Part shown: positions 16,148 through 25,822 of the stretch, one piece after another
Layout: the number at the start of each line of letters is the position of its first letter
Numbering within the stretch: the stretch's first letter is position 1
Assembly: GCA_047601145.1 (NCBI GenBank)
Contig: JASGJW010000009.1
Coordinates: 1 to 28,551, forward strand
DNA length: 28,551 nt
Direction: 5' to 3'
Source of the DNA: Hyphomonadaceae bacterium
Lineage (GTDB): Bacteria > Pseudomonadota > Alphaproteobacteria > Caulobacterales > Hyphomonadaceae
Position numbers and translations under genes: made by a program
The notes under the pieces: generated by a model
Databases searched by the model: none
What the model saw: the letters and a program-made list of their open reading frames with translations, nothing else
Told to the model about the DNA's origin: nothing

Positions 16148-16175
16148 CATTACCGGCCTGACATTACTGGCCTGA
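16148..16175. repeat. tandem 14-bp direct repeat (cattacCggcctga / cattacTggcctga)
   Basis: Two adjacent copies differing at one position, ~107 nt upstream of the ATG at 16282. Confidence 0.5.
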
Positions 16176-16281
16176 AATGACCCTGCCTGCGCCACAATCC
16201 GCCCGGATCGCGCCCTTCGGAAGCCGTTCCGGGAACTAGCCTCGGGTCTTGATCGTATAGGGACAGGACTGGGAGGCCGAC

Positions 16282-16668
16282 ATGCAACGACTGACCGCAA
16301 TGACAATGGGCGCCATCCTGCTCGGACTGGCCGGTTTCGTTTATGACAGCGCATCGGCGCAGGCGCCGAAAGCCTGTTCGACCCGTGCAGTCGACATCTA
16401 TTTCGAAAAGGACTCAGCCGAGTTCAACTCGTTCTCGCAGCAACTTGTCGAGCGCATGGCGCAGGAAGCTCGCAGCTGCGGGTCGAAACAGGTTCTAGTC
16501 GAGAATGCGTCCGGCCCAAGCCGCGCGAATGCGGTTTCGCAGAAGCTGCGTAGCCTGGGCGTTCAGGTGATCTTCGCGCCTCAAAAAGCCATGGCGCCGG
16601 CGGGTGACTCGATTGCGGACCGCGCCGTCACACTGCGGGTGGCTGGCAAGGCCGCCGCGGTCGGCTGA
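16282..16668 (+). CDS. small secreted protein, weak OmpA-C-like signature
   Basis: Strong GGGAGG Shine-Dalgarno 6 nt upstream. Signal peptide MQRLTAMTMGAILLGLAGFVYDSASA. IYFEKDSAEF ... resembles the start of an OmpA C-terminal domain, but the domain is short and the call is tentative. Confidence 0.45.
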   Translation: MQRLTAMTMGAILLGLAGFVYDSASAQAPKACSTRAVDIYFEKDSAEFNSFSQQLVERMAQEARSCGSKQVLVENASGPSRANAVSQKLRSLGVQVIFAPQKAMAPAGDSIADRAVTLRVAGKAAAVG

Positions 16669-16731
16669 TCTATCCCGGCAGAAGCGAAGCGTGCCACATT
16701 CCCGTCGCTCATGGCGACTCGGAGTGACGCG

Positions 16732-17466
16732 ATGAAGGCCAGTTCCCTCGTTTTCGCAGCCTGCTTCGCATTCACGTGCGGGGGGGCAATTGCACAGCAG
16801 ACGCCTTCCTCAAAGTCCGAGCCGGTCACGGTCGAGAAGCCCAAGGCGCCGGTGAAGCCGGTCGTTCCATCGACAAAGTCCGCCGCCACACAGGCCAAGC
16901 CGGCCGGAGCGGCCACGAAGTTCGTTTCCGAGTTGCAAGGATTTTCACCCGAAGCGCGCGCCTTCGCGACGGCGAAGCTCTCGGCAATGACACCAGCGTT
17001 GCGCGTACAGGCCGCTTCACGCGTTGCCGGCAAGGCCATCGCACTCAATGAAATTCCGCAGACATGGCTGGCGACGGCCGCCAACCCTGCAGGCGCCATG
17101 CTCTGGCTCGGCGGCAAGGATGTGAACCTGGTGACCGGTCCCGATATCGAGCCAATGTTCCAGATTGCGGCCGGCGAGAGAAATGAGAGCGGGGTCTGGG
17201 TGCAGTTCAACGCCGAGGCAGGCATCCGCCACGTATTGGTCTGCGACATGACCGGACCTGCGCGCTGGGATGTCGTGGTCGATTCGAAAACGCGCAAGGC
17301 GATGATCGCGGACGCTGACACACGGGGCATCGCGCTCGTCCCGGCCAATGCGACCAAGGCCTACCAGCGCGTGTTGCTTGTGCTCGCCCGGCCGCTGGAG
17401 ACGGGGCCGGGAAGCAGCCTCATGGAAGCGCTGCGTCGCTGCGAAGTGACGCCAATAAGGGGCTGA
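16732..17466 (+). CDS. secreted hypothetical protein (Pro/Lys-rich linker then globular domain)
   Basis: ATG at 16732. Signal peptide MKASSLVFAACFAFTCGGAIA|QQ, followed by PVTVEKPKAPVKPVVPSTK. The ORF track start at 16711 adds 7 aa. Confidence 0.5.
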   Translation: MKASSLVFAACFAFTCGGAIAQQTPSSKSEPVTVEKPKAPVKPVVPSTKSAATQAKPAGAATKFVSELQGFSPEARAFATAKLSAMTPALRVQAASRVAGKAIALNEIPQTWLATAANPAGAMLWLGGKDVNLVTGPDIEPMFQIAAGERNESGVWVQFNAEAGIRHVLVCDMTGPARWDVVVDSKTRKAMIADADTRGIALVPANATKAYQRVLLVLARPLETGPGSSLMEALRRCEVTPIRG

Positions 17467-17548
17467 TACTGGAGCCGGGGATTGTCGTTCCGTCACGCTG
17501 GCGTCGGTGAGGCCTCGTGCTACAAGCCGCCGCTGACGTGGGATCCCG

Positions 17549-18247
17549 ATGGACAAGAAAATTCTCGGCCGCATCTATAGTCGGCTGATTCACAAGTACT
17601 TTCTGAACGACATGTACCTCGATCTGCGGGTGCGTGCGAAGAAGGACACCGTCGACTACATCGAGGCCCATCTCAATGAAGCGATGCTCTGCGCGGGTAG
17701 GAAGCCGCTGATCCAGCTGTGCCTGCAGCGAGAGAGGAAGGCGGGCCTCAACGGCCTGGTGCTCGAGTTTGGCGTCTCGGCGGGCGGCTCAATCCGGCAG
17801 ATCGCGGGACTGGTCGGCGCCCGCCCGGTCCATGGTTTCGACAGTTTCATCGGCCTGCAGGAAGACTGGACCGGCACGCACGAGCAGCTGGGCCGCTACA
17901 CTGTGCAAGGCAAGCTGCCTCGCGTTCCGGCGAACGTTCAGCTGCACAAGGGCTGGTTCAACGAGGTGCTGCCGGGCTTCCTCGCCGCGCATCCAGGACC
18001 GGTCAGTTTCGTCAATATCGATTGCGATACCTACGAGTCGTCCAGCTATGTCCTGGGGCAATTGGGCGACCGGATCCGCGAAGGAACGATCATCCTGTTC
18101 GACGAATACTATAATTACCCGAACTGGCGGGAACACGAGTACAAGGCTTGGCAGGAATTCGTGGCGGTGCGGAAGCTTTCCTATCGCTATATAGGGTTCT
18201 CCACGTCGCGCTATCACGCGGCGGTTCAGGTCACCAAGGCAGGTTAG
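17549..18247 (+). CDS. class I SAM-dependent O-methyltransferase, TylF/MycF (macrocin O-methyltransferase) family
   Basis: LVLEFGVSAGGS (SAM-binding G-x-G-like), FDSFIGL (D-S-F-x-G-L) and IDCDTYESS (D-x-D-x-Y-E-S) are characteristic of TylF-type enzymes. Confidence 0.65.
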   Translation: MDKKILGRIYSRLIHKYFLNDMYLDLRVRAKKDTVDYIEAHLNEAMLCAGRKPLIQLCLQRERKAGLNGLVLEFGVSAGGSIRQIAGLVGARPVHGFDSFIGLQEDWTGTHEQLGRYTVQGKLPRVPANVQLHKGWFNEVLPGFLAAHPGPVSFVNIDCDTYESSSYVLGQLGDRIREGTIILFDEYYNYPNWREHEYKAWQEFVAVRKLSYRYIGFSTSRYHAAVQVTKAG

Positions 18248-18256
18248 CAGAAGCGT

Positions 18257-19981
18257 ATGTCCCGTATCCTCATCACCTCGGCGCTGCCGTACATCAACGG
18301 CGTGAAGCACCTCGGGAACCTCGCGGGTTCGATGCTTCCGGCGGATGTCTATGCGCGGTTCAACCGGGCGATGGGGCGCGAGGTGTTGTTCATCTGCGCG
18401 ACCGACGAGCACGGCACGCCGGCAGAGCTCGCCGCGATCGAAGCTGGCCAGACCACCGCGCAATACTGCGATGAACAGCACGAGATCCAGAAGCGCGTCG
18501 GGCAGGGCTTCTCCCTGTCGTTCGACCATTTCGGCCGCTCGTCGAGCCGCCCGAACCGCGAACTCACGCAGCACTTCGCCGACGTGCTTGAAGACAATGG
18601 CCTGATCGACGAGCGCACGTCGAAACAGGTCTACTCGGTCGACGACAAGCGCTTCCTGCCGGATCGCTATGTCGAGGGCACATGCCCGAACTGCGGTTAC
18701 GAAAAAGCCCGCGGCGACCAGTGCGACAATTGCGGAACGCTGCTTGATCCGGTTGAGCTGATCAATCCCTATTCGTCCGTGTCTGGATCTAGGAATGTCG
18801 AGATCCGCGACACGCGCCACCTCTATCTCCTGCAATCGAAGATGCAGGACGACGTACGCAAGTTCGTGGATGCACGCGCCAGGGACTGGCCGAACCTCAC
18901 CACCTCCATCGCTTACAAATGGCTCGATGAAGGCCTGATCGACCGCTCGATCACGCGTGACCTGTCGTGGGGCGTGCCCGTCACGCGCGGCGGCCAACCG
19001 CGCCCGGGCTTCGAGAACAAGGTCTTCTACGTCTGGTTCGATGCGCCTATCGAATACATCGGCTCTACGGTCGAATGGGCCGAGGCCAACGGCCAGAACT
19101 GGGAGCGCTGGTGGCGCACCGACAAGGGCGCGAGCGACGTCACCTATGTCGAGTTCATGGGCAAGGACAACGTCGCGTTCCACACGGTCTCGTTCCCGGT
19201 CACGATCCTTGGGTCGAAGGAGCCGTGGAAGCTTGTCGACAAGCTGAAGGCCTTCAACTGGCTCAACTGGTATGGCGGCAAGTTCTCCACCAGCCAGAAA
19301 CGCGGCGTCTTCATGGACCAGGCGCTCGAACTTCTGCCGGGCGATTACTGGCGCTGGTACCTGATCGCGAACTCGCCGGAGAGCTCGGACACCGCGTTCA
19401 CATGGGAGTCGTTCAAGGCGGGGATCAACTCCGACCTCAACGACGTGCTCGGCAACTTCGTGAACCGCATCACGAAATACGCAGCGGCGAAGTTCGACGG
19501 GAAGGTTCCGGACGGCGGGACGCCGGGCGAGCACGAAGCCTGGATGGCAAATGAACTCGCCACGCGCCTGCCTGCGCTCATCAGCTATTACGAAGCGATG
19601 GAATTCCGCAAAGCCGCCGCCGAAACCCGCGCCATCTGGGCTGCCGGCAACGAATACATCACCAAGTCCGCGCCGTGGACAGCCTACAAGACGAGCGTGG
19701 AGCAGGCGGCGGTTGGCATTCGCACGGGCCTCAATCTCGTGGCGCTGTTCGGGATCATCGCCCAGCCGATCATTCCGGAGACGGGGAAGAAAATCCTCGA
19801 GGCCCTCGGTGTGCCAGGCGACCGGCGCAGCCTCAACTCTTTGGGCCTCGGACAGGGCGGCTATGCCGCACTACTAGATGCGCTGCCACGCGGAATGCCA
19901 ATCAACGTCCCGCCCCAGCTCTTCACCAAGATCGAGGATGCACAGGTCGCCGAATGGACGGCGCGGTTCGGCGGGGGCTGA
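18257..19981 (+). CDS. metG: methionine--tRNA ligase (short form lacking C-terminal tRNA-binding domain)
   Basis: [13 protein letters not shown] (the HIGH-type motif), the zinc knuckle [28 protein letters not shown] (the KMSKS motif) and overall class I aaRS architecture. Confidence 0.9.
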   Translation: MSRILITSALPYINGVKHLGNLAGSMLPADVYARFNRAMGREVLFICATDEHGTPAELAAIEAGQTTAQYCDEQHEIQKRVGQGFSLSFDHFGRSSSRPNRELTQHFADVLEDNGLIDERTSKQVYSVDDKRFLPDRYVEGTCPNCGYEKARGDQCDNCGTLLDPVELINPYSSVSGSRNVEIRDTRHLYLLQSKMQDDVRKFVDARARDWPNLTTSIAYKWLDEGLIDRSITRDLSWGVPVTRGGQPRPGFENKVFYVWFDAPIEYIGSTVEWAEANGQNWERWWRTDKGASDVTYVEFMGKDNVAFHTVSFPVTILGSKEPWKLVDKLKAFNWLNWYGGKFSTSQKRGVFMDQALELLPGDYWRWYLIANSPESSDTAFTWESFKAGINSDLNDVLGNFVNRITKYAAAKFDGKVPDGGTPGEHEAWMANELATRLPALISYYEAMEFRKAAAETRAIWAAGNEYITKSAPWTAYKTSVEQAAVGIRTGLNLVALFGIIAQPIIPETGKKILEALGVPGDRRSLNSLGLGQGGYAALLDALPRGMPINVPPQLFTKIEDAQVAEWTARFGGG

Positions 19982-20833
19982 TCAGACGTTCGTCTTGCTT
20001 TTCGCGTAGGCCTGCGTGCCGGTGGTGACCACGCCATCCGTCGCAAGAACCGTTTCCGGTCGATGGCTGACGCCATCGCCAAGCCGCTCGTAGAGGGGGG
20101 CGAAATCCGTATCCACCGTGGCGCGGAAGAGATCCTCGTACGAGCGGATGACGAAGTAGGTCTGCTGGTAGTCGTCGATGCGGTAGTTGGTGCGCATGAC
20201 GCGTTCGAGGTCGAAGCGGATGCGGTTGGGGCTCGGGTCTTCGAGAGCGAAGATGCTTTCCTCTTTCGAGGACGAGATGCCGGCGCCGTAGATGCGGAGG
20301 CCCTTCGGGGTTTCGATCAGCCCGAACTCGACCGTGTACCAGTAGAGCGCCGAGAGGTTCTTCAGGCGGCCGAACTTCATCGCACGCAGGCCGCCCTTGC
20401 CGTAGGCCTCCATGTAGTCCGCGAAGACCGGGTTGGTGAGCAGCGGGACGTGGCCGAAGACGTCATGGAAGATGTCCGGCTCCTGCAGGTAGTCGAGCTG
20501 GTGGCGGCCGCGGATGAACTGGCCGGCTGGGAAGCGGCGGTTGGCGAGGTGAGTGAAAAACACCTCGTCCGGCACGAGGCCGGGCACGGCGACCACGGTG
20601 AAGCCGGTGCGGGCCTTCAGCTCCTCGTTGATCACTGAGAAGTTCGGGATGCCGCCGCGGTTGAGGTTCAGCGTCTCGAGGCCCTGCAGCATGGCGGGGT
20701 CAGCGCGGTCCTTCAGGATGTCGAGCTGGCGGCGATAGAGGAAATCCCAGACAGCATGCTCGTCCGCCGTATAGGCAGCCCAGTTCTGGTCGATGACATA
20801 GTCATCTTCGCGAACGGTGATGTGTGTGCTCAT
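19982..20833 (-). CDS. phhA: phenylalanine-4-hydroxylase (aromatic amino acid hydroxylase)
   Basis: PDIFHDVFGHVPLL supplies the iron-binding His pair. At 283 aa it is typical of bacterial PAH, and the overall sequence is consistent with the biopterin-dependent hydroxylase family. Confidence 0.8.
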   Translation of the reverse strand: MSTHITVREDDYVIDQNWAAYTADEHAVWDFLYRRQLDILKDRADPAMLQGLETLNLNRGGIPNFSVINEELKARTGFTVVAVPGLVPDEVFFTHLANRRFPAGQFIRGRHQLDYLQEPDIFHDVFGHVPLLTNPVFADYMEAYGKGGLRAMKFGRLKNLSALYWYTVEFGLIETPKGLRIYGAGISSSKEESIFALEDPSPNRIRFDLERVMRTNYRIDDYQQTYFVIRSYEDLFRATVDTDFAPLYERLGDGVSHRPETVLATDGVVTTGTQAYAKSKTNV

Positions 20834-20882
20834 GACGTCAATGTAGGGTGCGAGCGCGATTCCGTCACGCCGCAGCTGTGTG

Positions 20883-22151
20883 TCATTTCTGGCGGGATTG
20901 AAGCTCTTTCAGCGCTTCGGCCTCAAGTTCCCCGCTGGAATTGAGACGCATGATCCATGGATTCCAGTCTGCGGCGCCGCTCTGCGAGCCGGTATAACCC
21001 GCCACGATGAGCGAGCCGTCGGGCAAGATTGCAACGCCCTTGAGTTCATCGCGGCGGCCGCCTCCAAAGGTGCGACGCCAGACCACGTCACCGTTGGCGT
21101 CGAGTTTGATGAGAAGGCCATCCCAGTTGTGACGCCCAACTTTTGGACCATCGATAAGATAACCTGCGCCGATGACACCGCCGTCGGCGGTTGGCGCGAG
21201 GACATTTATCCCGTCGCCATTCTCGGTTGGGAAGGTGCGGTCCCAGATCACGCCGCCGCTTGCATCATGCTTTCGCACGTTGACGTCGTCGTCCTCGAAC
21301 AAGCCAACGCGCTCGGTGGTGAACATCGAGGGCGATGTCGCGGGCGCGCAGGTTTCTTCCAAACCCACGCCGGTCGTCAGCAAAACAGAGAAGCAGCGGG
21401 CGGGTTGAAGGTCGACGAGCGTGTTCTGCATGGCCTGTACATGCAGCTTGTCTCGCTCCACGTTTCCAAGCCTTGCGCTTTCATTGACGTAACTCTTGCC
21501 CGTAGTGGTTGAGAATTGAATGCTCCCGATGGCAGGTGTTTTTCCCTCGACGAAGTCCGGCGGATTGAACTCCCATGCCGACCCGCCTTCGCGTTTCAGC
21601 TTGATGACCAGTGCGCGCGAGCCGCTGGCGCCCTCCGGCGTATCTTCCCCGGCAGCGAGAATGGAGCCGTCTTCCATCAAGATCAGGGCGTTGAGTGAGA
21701 CCCGAAGTTCGCCGCTTACTGTCGTGTTCCAGATGAGGTCTCCGCCCGAGCTGTAGCGCGCGACAAACCCATCCGAGCGGACGGAGCGGACGGTCTTGTC
21801 CAGCCGAACATTTGCCATCCCCGCGACGATTATCGATCCATCATTGTCGAGCTTGAGATCAGAGACTGCATCACGGTTCTCGCCGCCGAATGTCCGCGAC
21901 CAGAGCTGATTTCCATTGGCCGAGTAGCGCGCGAGCCAGGCGTCGCTCGTGCTGCCCTGCACATCCTTTCCTTCGCGATTGATAAATCCGGAGACGATGA
22001 TGTCGCCGTTCTGGGCGAGGACCAGCTGATCAATCTGGCCGCGGTTGCCCGGGACAGCGATCACGCGCTGCCATGTCACTGATGGTTGCTGGCCATAGGA
22101 GGGCGCGACAAAGGCGGCGATGCAGACGGCGAGTCCGATCAGCGTACGCAT
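20883..22151 (-). CDS. secreted beta-propeller protein with SBBP-type repeats
   Basis: ATG at 22151 gives MRTLIGLAVCIAAFVAPSYGQQ. Repeating ~50-aa units include DAWLARYSANGNQLWSRTFGG...DGSIIVAG, DGFVARYSSGGDLIWNTTVSG...DGSILAAG, VIWDRTFPTENGD...DGGVIGAGY and VVWRRTFGGGRRD...DGSLIVAGY. The ORF track start at 22181 adds 10 aa. Confidence 0.55.
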   Translation of the reverse strand: MRTLIGLAVCIAAFVAPSYGQQPSVTWQRVIAVPGNRGQIDQLVLAQNGDIIVSGFINREGKDVQGSTSDAWLARYSANGNQLWSRTFGGENRDAVSDLKLDNDGSIIVAGMANVRLDKTVRSVRSDGFVARYSSGGDLIWNTTVSGELRVSLNALILMEDGSILAAGEDTPEGASGSRALVIKLKREGGSAWEFNPPDFVEGKTPAIGSIQFSTTTGKSYVNESARLGNVERDKLHVQAMQNTLVDLQPARCFSVLLTTGVGLEETCAPATSPSMFTTERVGLFEDDDVNVRKHDASGGVIWDRTFPTENGDGINVLAPTADGGVIGAGYLIDGPKVGRHNWDGLLIKLDANGDVVWRRTFGGGRRDELKGVAILPDGSLIVAGYTGSQSGAADWNPWIMRLNSSGELEAEALKELQSRQK

Positions 22152-22214
22152 CAATTTTCCCCAACACATGGCGTGAGCCATCGTGCCGGACAGTACGGAA
22201 TTTTCCGGGAGGGG

Positions 22215-22547
22215 CTAGTGCGCTGTCGACGTCCGGATGCGGTAGGCGCCGTGGTCGTCGATCTCGAACATTTCCGGGACCTGGGGATGGTTCACGGGTT
22301 CCGGGGCTTCGTCGGCCAGGAGGTTCTGTTCGGACACGTAGGCCACGTAATAGGACGAGTCGTTTTCGGCCAGCAGGTGGTAGAAGGGCTGGTTCTTGGA
22401 GGGGCGGATCTCGGCCGGGATCGACGTCCACCATTCCTCGGTGTTCGCAAATTGCGGGTCCACGTCGAAAATGATCCCCCGGAAGGGGAAGAAACGGTGG
22501 CGGACCTGCTGCCCGATGCCGAATTTGGCTGCCTTGTTGACGTCCAT
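22215..22547 (-). CDS. hspQ: heat-shock protein HspQ (YccV-like hemimethylated-DNA-binding domain)
   Basis: MDVNKAAKFGIGQQVRHRFFPFRGIIFDVDP closely parallels E. coli HspQ (FGIGQQVRH...VVDVDP). The length is 110 aa. Confidence 0.8.
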   Translation of the reverse strand: MDVNKAAKFGIGQQVRHRFFPFRGIIFDVDPQFANTEEWWTSIPAEIRPSKNQPFYHLLAENDSSYYVAYVSEQNLLADEAPEPVNHPQVPEMFEIDDHGAYRIRTSTAH

Positions 22548-22771
22548 GACCGCCGGCGCCCCTTGCCTTGATTTGCCCGCGAAATTCCCAGCCAGCGCAA
22601 GCGGATATCATCTGCGCCGATGCGCTTCAGACCAGCCCCGCCAGAGCCGTGCGCATCATTTGGCGCCGGAATTAACGACCTGCAACTGCCGAACACAGTA
22701 AACGCGCAGGGAAGCGTGCCATCGCCTGCAGATCAGTCTATGGATGTCGCAACAGGATCACGGATTACTCC

Positions 22772-23914
22772 ATGGCGAAGCCATCGAACGCCCGGCGCGG
22801 AAAGCCGCGCGGTCGGCCGGGCGGCGCGACGAAAGTCTACGCGGCGCTTGACCTAGGGACGAACAATTGCCGGCTGCTGATCGCCGAGCCCACGCAGGCT
22901 GGCGGGCTGCGCGTGGTCGATTCGTTTTCGCAGATTGTGACGCTGGGGGAAGGTCTCGCCACGACAGGCGCGCTCTCCGAAAAGGCCATGGGACGGGCGA
23001 TCGATGCGCTCAAGAAGTGCAACGAGAAGGTGAAGAAGCACCGGCCGGTGCAGGCGCGCTTCATCGCGACGCAGGCGTGCCGGCAGGCGACCAACGGACG
23101 CGCGTTCGTTGCGGATGTGCAGCGGAAGGTCGGGCTGCGCATGGAGACGATCACGCCGAAGGAAGAGGCGAAGTATGCGCTGCTCGGATCGCTCGATCTC
23201 GTGGACCCGAGTCATGACTTCGCGCTGGTGATCGATATCGGCGGCGGATCGACCGAGCTGAGCTGGATCGATGCGAAGTCGGCGGTGACGCGCGGCATCA
23301 AGGGATGCGCCCAGCGGCCGCCTATCCTGGGATGGGCATCGTTCCCGGTGGGCGTGGTGACGCTGTCAGAGGGTTTCGCGGATCGCGAGCCAGGCTGGTA
23401 CGATCGGATGGTGGAGCACGTGGCGTCGCTGATGCGTGCGAACGATGCGGCAACCCGGTTCGGGCCGCTGTTCCGGGCAGGGCGCGGGCAGTTGATCGGG
23501 AATTCCGGGACAGTGACCAGCCTGGTTGGCGTGCATATGGGGCTGGAGCGGTATGTGCGCTCGGTCGTGGATGGGCAGTGGCTGGCGCGGGAAGATGCGG
23601 TGGCGACACGGCAAAGACTGCATGATGCAACCCCGGAGGAGCGGGCGGCGGAAGGGTGCCTGACTGGGGGGCGGTCGGAGCTGATGCTGCCGGGGCTCGC
23701 GATCCTGGACGCAGTATGGACGATCTGGCCGGCAGCAAGGCTGCGGGTCGGGGATCGCGGGCTGCGCGAGGGTATCCTTTTGTCGATGATGCATGGGGGC
23801 AAGGGCGGGCATCGTCCGCAGACGGGCGGAAAGAATTCCGGAGGGCGGCGCCAGCTGGGGCGCGGGCGACACGGCGGACGCAAACCAACATCTGGAGAAG
23901 GCGCGCCGGCATGA
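22772..23914 (+). CDS. ppx: Ppx/GppA family exopolyphosphatase / guanosine pentaphosphate phosphohydrolase
   Basis: DLGTNNCRLLIAE and IDIGGGSTEL are actin-like ATPase fold motifs of Ppx/GppA. There is an unusual Gly/Arg-rich C-terminal tail. The stop overlaps the rlmE start (ATGA). Confidence 0.75.
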   Translation: MAKPSNARRGKPRGRPGGATKVYAALDLGTNNCRLLIAEPTQAGGLRVVDSFSQIVTLGEGLATTGALSEKAMGRAIDALKKCNEKVKKHRPVQARFIATQACRQATNGRAFVADVQRKVGLRMETITPKEEAKYALLGSLDLVDPSHDFALVIDIGGGSTELSWIDAKSAVTRGIKGCAQRPPILGWASFPVGVVTLSEGFADREPGWYDRMVEHVASLMRANDAATRFGPLFRAGRGQLIGNSGTVTSLVGVHMGLERYVRSVVDGQWLAREDAVATRQRLHDATPEERAAEGCLTGGRSELMLPGLAILDAVWTIWPAARLRVGDRGLREGILLSMMHGGKGGHRPQTGGKNSGGRRQLGRGRHGGRKPTSGEGAPA

Positions 23915-24630
23915 GCGTGGAAGAAGACAGCAAGGGCCGGCGACGGTGGAAGCCGCCTGCGGAGGGACTGCCCGACCAGGGCGGCCGCTCGATGCAGAAG
24001 AAGGAGAAGGTGCGCAAGAAGACGCTCTCCAAGTCTTCGCGTGATTGGGTGGATCGGCAGCTGCGCGATCCCTATGTGCGGCGGGCGCAGGAGGCCGGTT
24101 ATCGCGCGCGGGCAGCCTACAAGCTGCTGGAGATCGATGAGAAGTTCCACGTGCTGAAGCGCGGGGCGAGGGTGATCGATCTCGGGTCGGCGCCGGGCGG
24201 ATGGCTTCAGGTGGTGACGGAGAAGGGCGCGGCGGCTGTAGCGGGCGTGGACCTGCTGCCGGTGGATCCGGTTGGCGAGGCGGTGATCTTCCTGGGCGAC
24301 ATTCATGAGCCGGAGATGACGGACCGCCTGCTTGCGGCGATTGGCGAGAAGCCGACGCTGGTGCTGTCCGACATGGCGGCAAACACGGTCGGCCACAAGC
24401 AGACGGATCACGTGCGGACGGTAGGGCTCGCCGAGATGGCGGCACAGTTTGCGGTGGACAATCTGGTGAAGGGCGGGACGTTCGTGGCGAAGGTGTTCCA
24501 GGGCGGCGCACAGGGCGAGCTGCTGGACTTGCTGCGTTCGAACTTCACGGATGTGCGCCACTGGAAGCCGCCGGCAAGCCGGTCGGAAAGCCCGGAGACG
24601 TTCGTGATCGCGCGCGGGTTCAAGGGCTAG
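23911..24630 (+). CDS. rlmE: 23S rRNA (uridine-2'-O)-methyltransferase RlmE/FtsJ
   Basis: KKTLSKSSRDWVDRQLRDPYVRRAQEAGYRARAAYKL aligns with the E. coli RlmE N-terminus. The SAM motif is VIDLGSAPGGW, and the catalytic region LSDMAAN...VAKVFQG is present. Start set at ATG 23911. The ORF track extends to 23656 through a non-protein-like sequence. Confidence 0.85.
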   Translation: MSVEEDSKGRRRWKPPAEGLPDQGGRSMQKKEKVRKKTLSKSSRDWVDRQLRDPYVRRAQEAGYRARAAYKLLEIDEKFHVLKRGARVIDLGSAPGGWLQVVTEKGAAAVAGVDLLPVDPVGEAVIFLGDIHEPEMTDRLLAAIGEKPTLVLSDMAANTVGHKQTDHVRTVGLAEMAAQFAVDNLVKGGTFVAKVFQGGAQGELLDLLRSNFTDVRHWKPPASRSESPETFVIARGFKG

Positions 24631-25280
24631 GCGCGGACGCGCGCGACGGTTGCCGCAACATTCCAGCTTGAAATGTCGCGCGCCTGCTCGTGGGCGCCGA
24701 GGTCTTCAGGGCCGATGCCGACTGTGTAGAGCCCTTCGGCGCGGAGGTTGGCGATGATCGGGGCGCCATCTTCGATGCAGATCGCATGGCGGGGCAGGGC
24801 GCCGAGGGCGTTGCAGGTGATGCGGTAGATTTCGGCGCTGGGCTTGGGCGCAGCGGCGCGGCTGTCGGCGATATAGTCGACGAGGTCGATCAGCTTCAGG
24901 CGTTCCAGGACGATCTGGACGTTCTGGCTGGCGGAGGCGACAGCGGTGCGGAGGCCGAGATCACGGCAGGTGGAAAGCTTCTCGCGGGAACCGGGGAAGG
25001 CGTCCGCGGGGGAGAGGTTGGCGATCAGTTCGCGGTAGCGCGTGTTCTTGAAGGCCATGACGGCGTCGCGCGTGGGCTGGTCCATGGTGAGGCCCGCATG
25101 GGCCAGCAATGCCGCGAGGGAACTTGCGCGTGGAACGCTCCGGGTGGCGCGCAGGCTTTCTTCGGTGACGGGAAATTCGAACTGCATCGCAGCATCACGC
25201 CACGATTGTTCATGACGCGCCGAGGTGGACGTCAGGACGCCGTCGAGATCGAAGATGGCGGCAAGGACGCCCTCGGGCAT
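24627..25280 (-). CDS. HAD-superfamily hydrolase (beta-phosphoglucomutase-like subfamily IA)
   Basis: MPEGVLAAIFDLDGVLTST is HAD motif I (DxDGxL). Start set at the ATG at 25280. The ORF track TTG start at 25334 adds 18 aa. The stop overlaps the rlmE stop within CTAG. Confidence 0.7.
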   Translation of the reverse strand: MPEGVLAAIFDLDGVLTSTSARHEQSWRDAAMQFEFPVTEESLRATRSVPRASSLAALLAHAGLTMDQPTRDAVMAFKNTRYRELIANLSPADAFPGSREKLSTCRDLGLRTAVASASQNVQIVLERLKLIDLVDYIADSRAAAPKPSAEIYRITCNALGALPRHAICIEDGAPIIANLRAEGLYTVGIGPEDLGAHEQARDISSWNVAATVARVRA

Positions 25281-25387
25281 CGATTGAAATCTCGCTGATC
25301 TGGGTCCGCGCCATCTGGCTTCCGGCGCGGTCAATAGTAGACTGTCTTACAAGTTCAAGACTCATACAGGAACTGGGAGGACTGGGA

Positions 25388-25822
25388 ATGAGGACTGCTC
25401 TTCTGGCGATATTGTCTGTCGGCGCCTTGGCTGTCGCGGGTTGCGACGCTCCGGGCGCCAAGACCGAGACCGCTCCGGCTCCGGCTGCGGCGCCCGCACC
25501 GGCGCCTGAACCGGCCGCCGCGCCCGAGCCTGCGCCGACAGCGACGCCCGGCCTAACCGAGGCGTACAAGACCGAAGCCGACTGGGTGAAGGCCTGCACG
25601 AGCGGGACGCCGCCTGTTCCGGAGTCGGTCTGCACCTGTGTCGCCAAGGCGGCGGTGAAGGAAGCCGGCGCTGACGTGCTCTATGACTGGCTGTTCGCCT
25701 ACTTCGTGAACAATGACGGCTTCGCCAAGTCGCGCGCCGATCGCTGGTTCACTTCGAAAGGCCTCGACAAGGCGAAGATGCAGAAAGTCGCCGACGTCAC
25801 CGGCAAGTGCTACGTGAAGTGA
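25388..25822 (+). CDS. lipoprotein with Ala/Pro-rich linker
   Basis: GGGAGG-type Shine-Dalgarno. Lipobox VAG-C (MRTALLAILSVGALAVAGCD), then APAPAAAPAPAPEPAAAPEPAP and a Cys-containing globular domain. Confidence 0.6.
   Translation: MRTALLAILSVGALAVAGCDAPGAKTETAPAPAAAPAPAPEPAAAPEPAPTATPGLTEAYKTEADWVKACTSGTPPVPESVCTCVAKAAVKEAGADVLYDWLFAYFVNNDGFAKSRADRWFTSKGLDKAKMQKVADVTGKCYVK

Noticed and set aside
16581-17357. 258-aa minus-strand ORF
   Set aside because: It is antisense to the plus-strand secreted-protein gene, which has a clear signal peptide. It has no start context and a Ser/Ala/Thr-rich composition.
17789-19534. 581-aa ORF on the minus strand
   Set aside because: It is antisense to metG, which has unambiguous class I aaRS motifs. 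Its translation is Arg/Ala/Pro-rich with no recognisable domain, a typical high-GC antisense artefact.
19976-19987. TGATCA at the metG/phhA junction and CTAG at the rlmE/HAD junction (24627-24630)
   Set aside because: These are just abutting or overlapping convergent stop codons forming short palindromes. This is a consequence of tight gene packing, not a regulatory element.
23212-24561. 449-aa and 381-aa overlapping ORFs on the minus strand
   Set aside because: They are antisense to ppx and rlmE. Their translations are extremely Pro/Arg/Ser-rich low complexity with no recognisable protein features.
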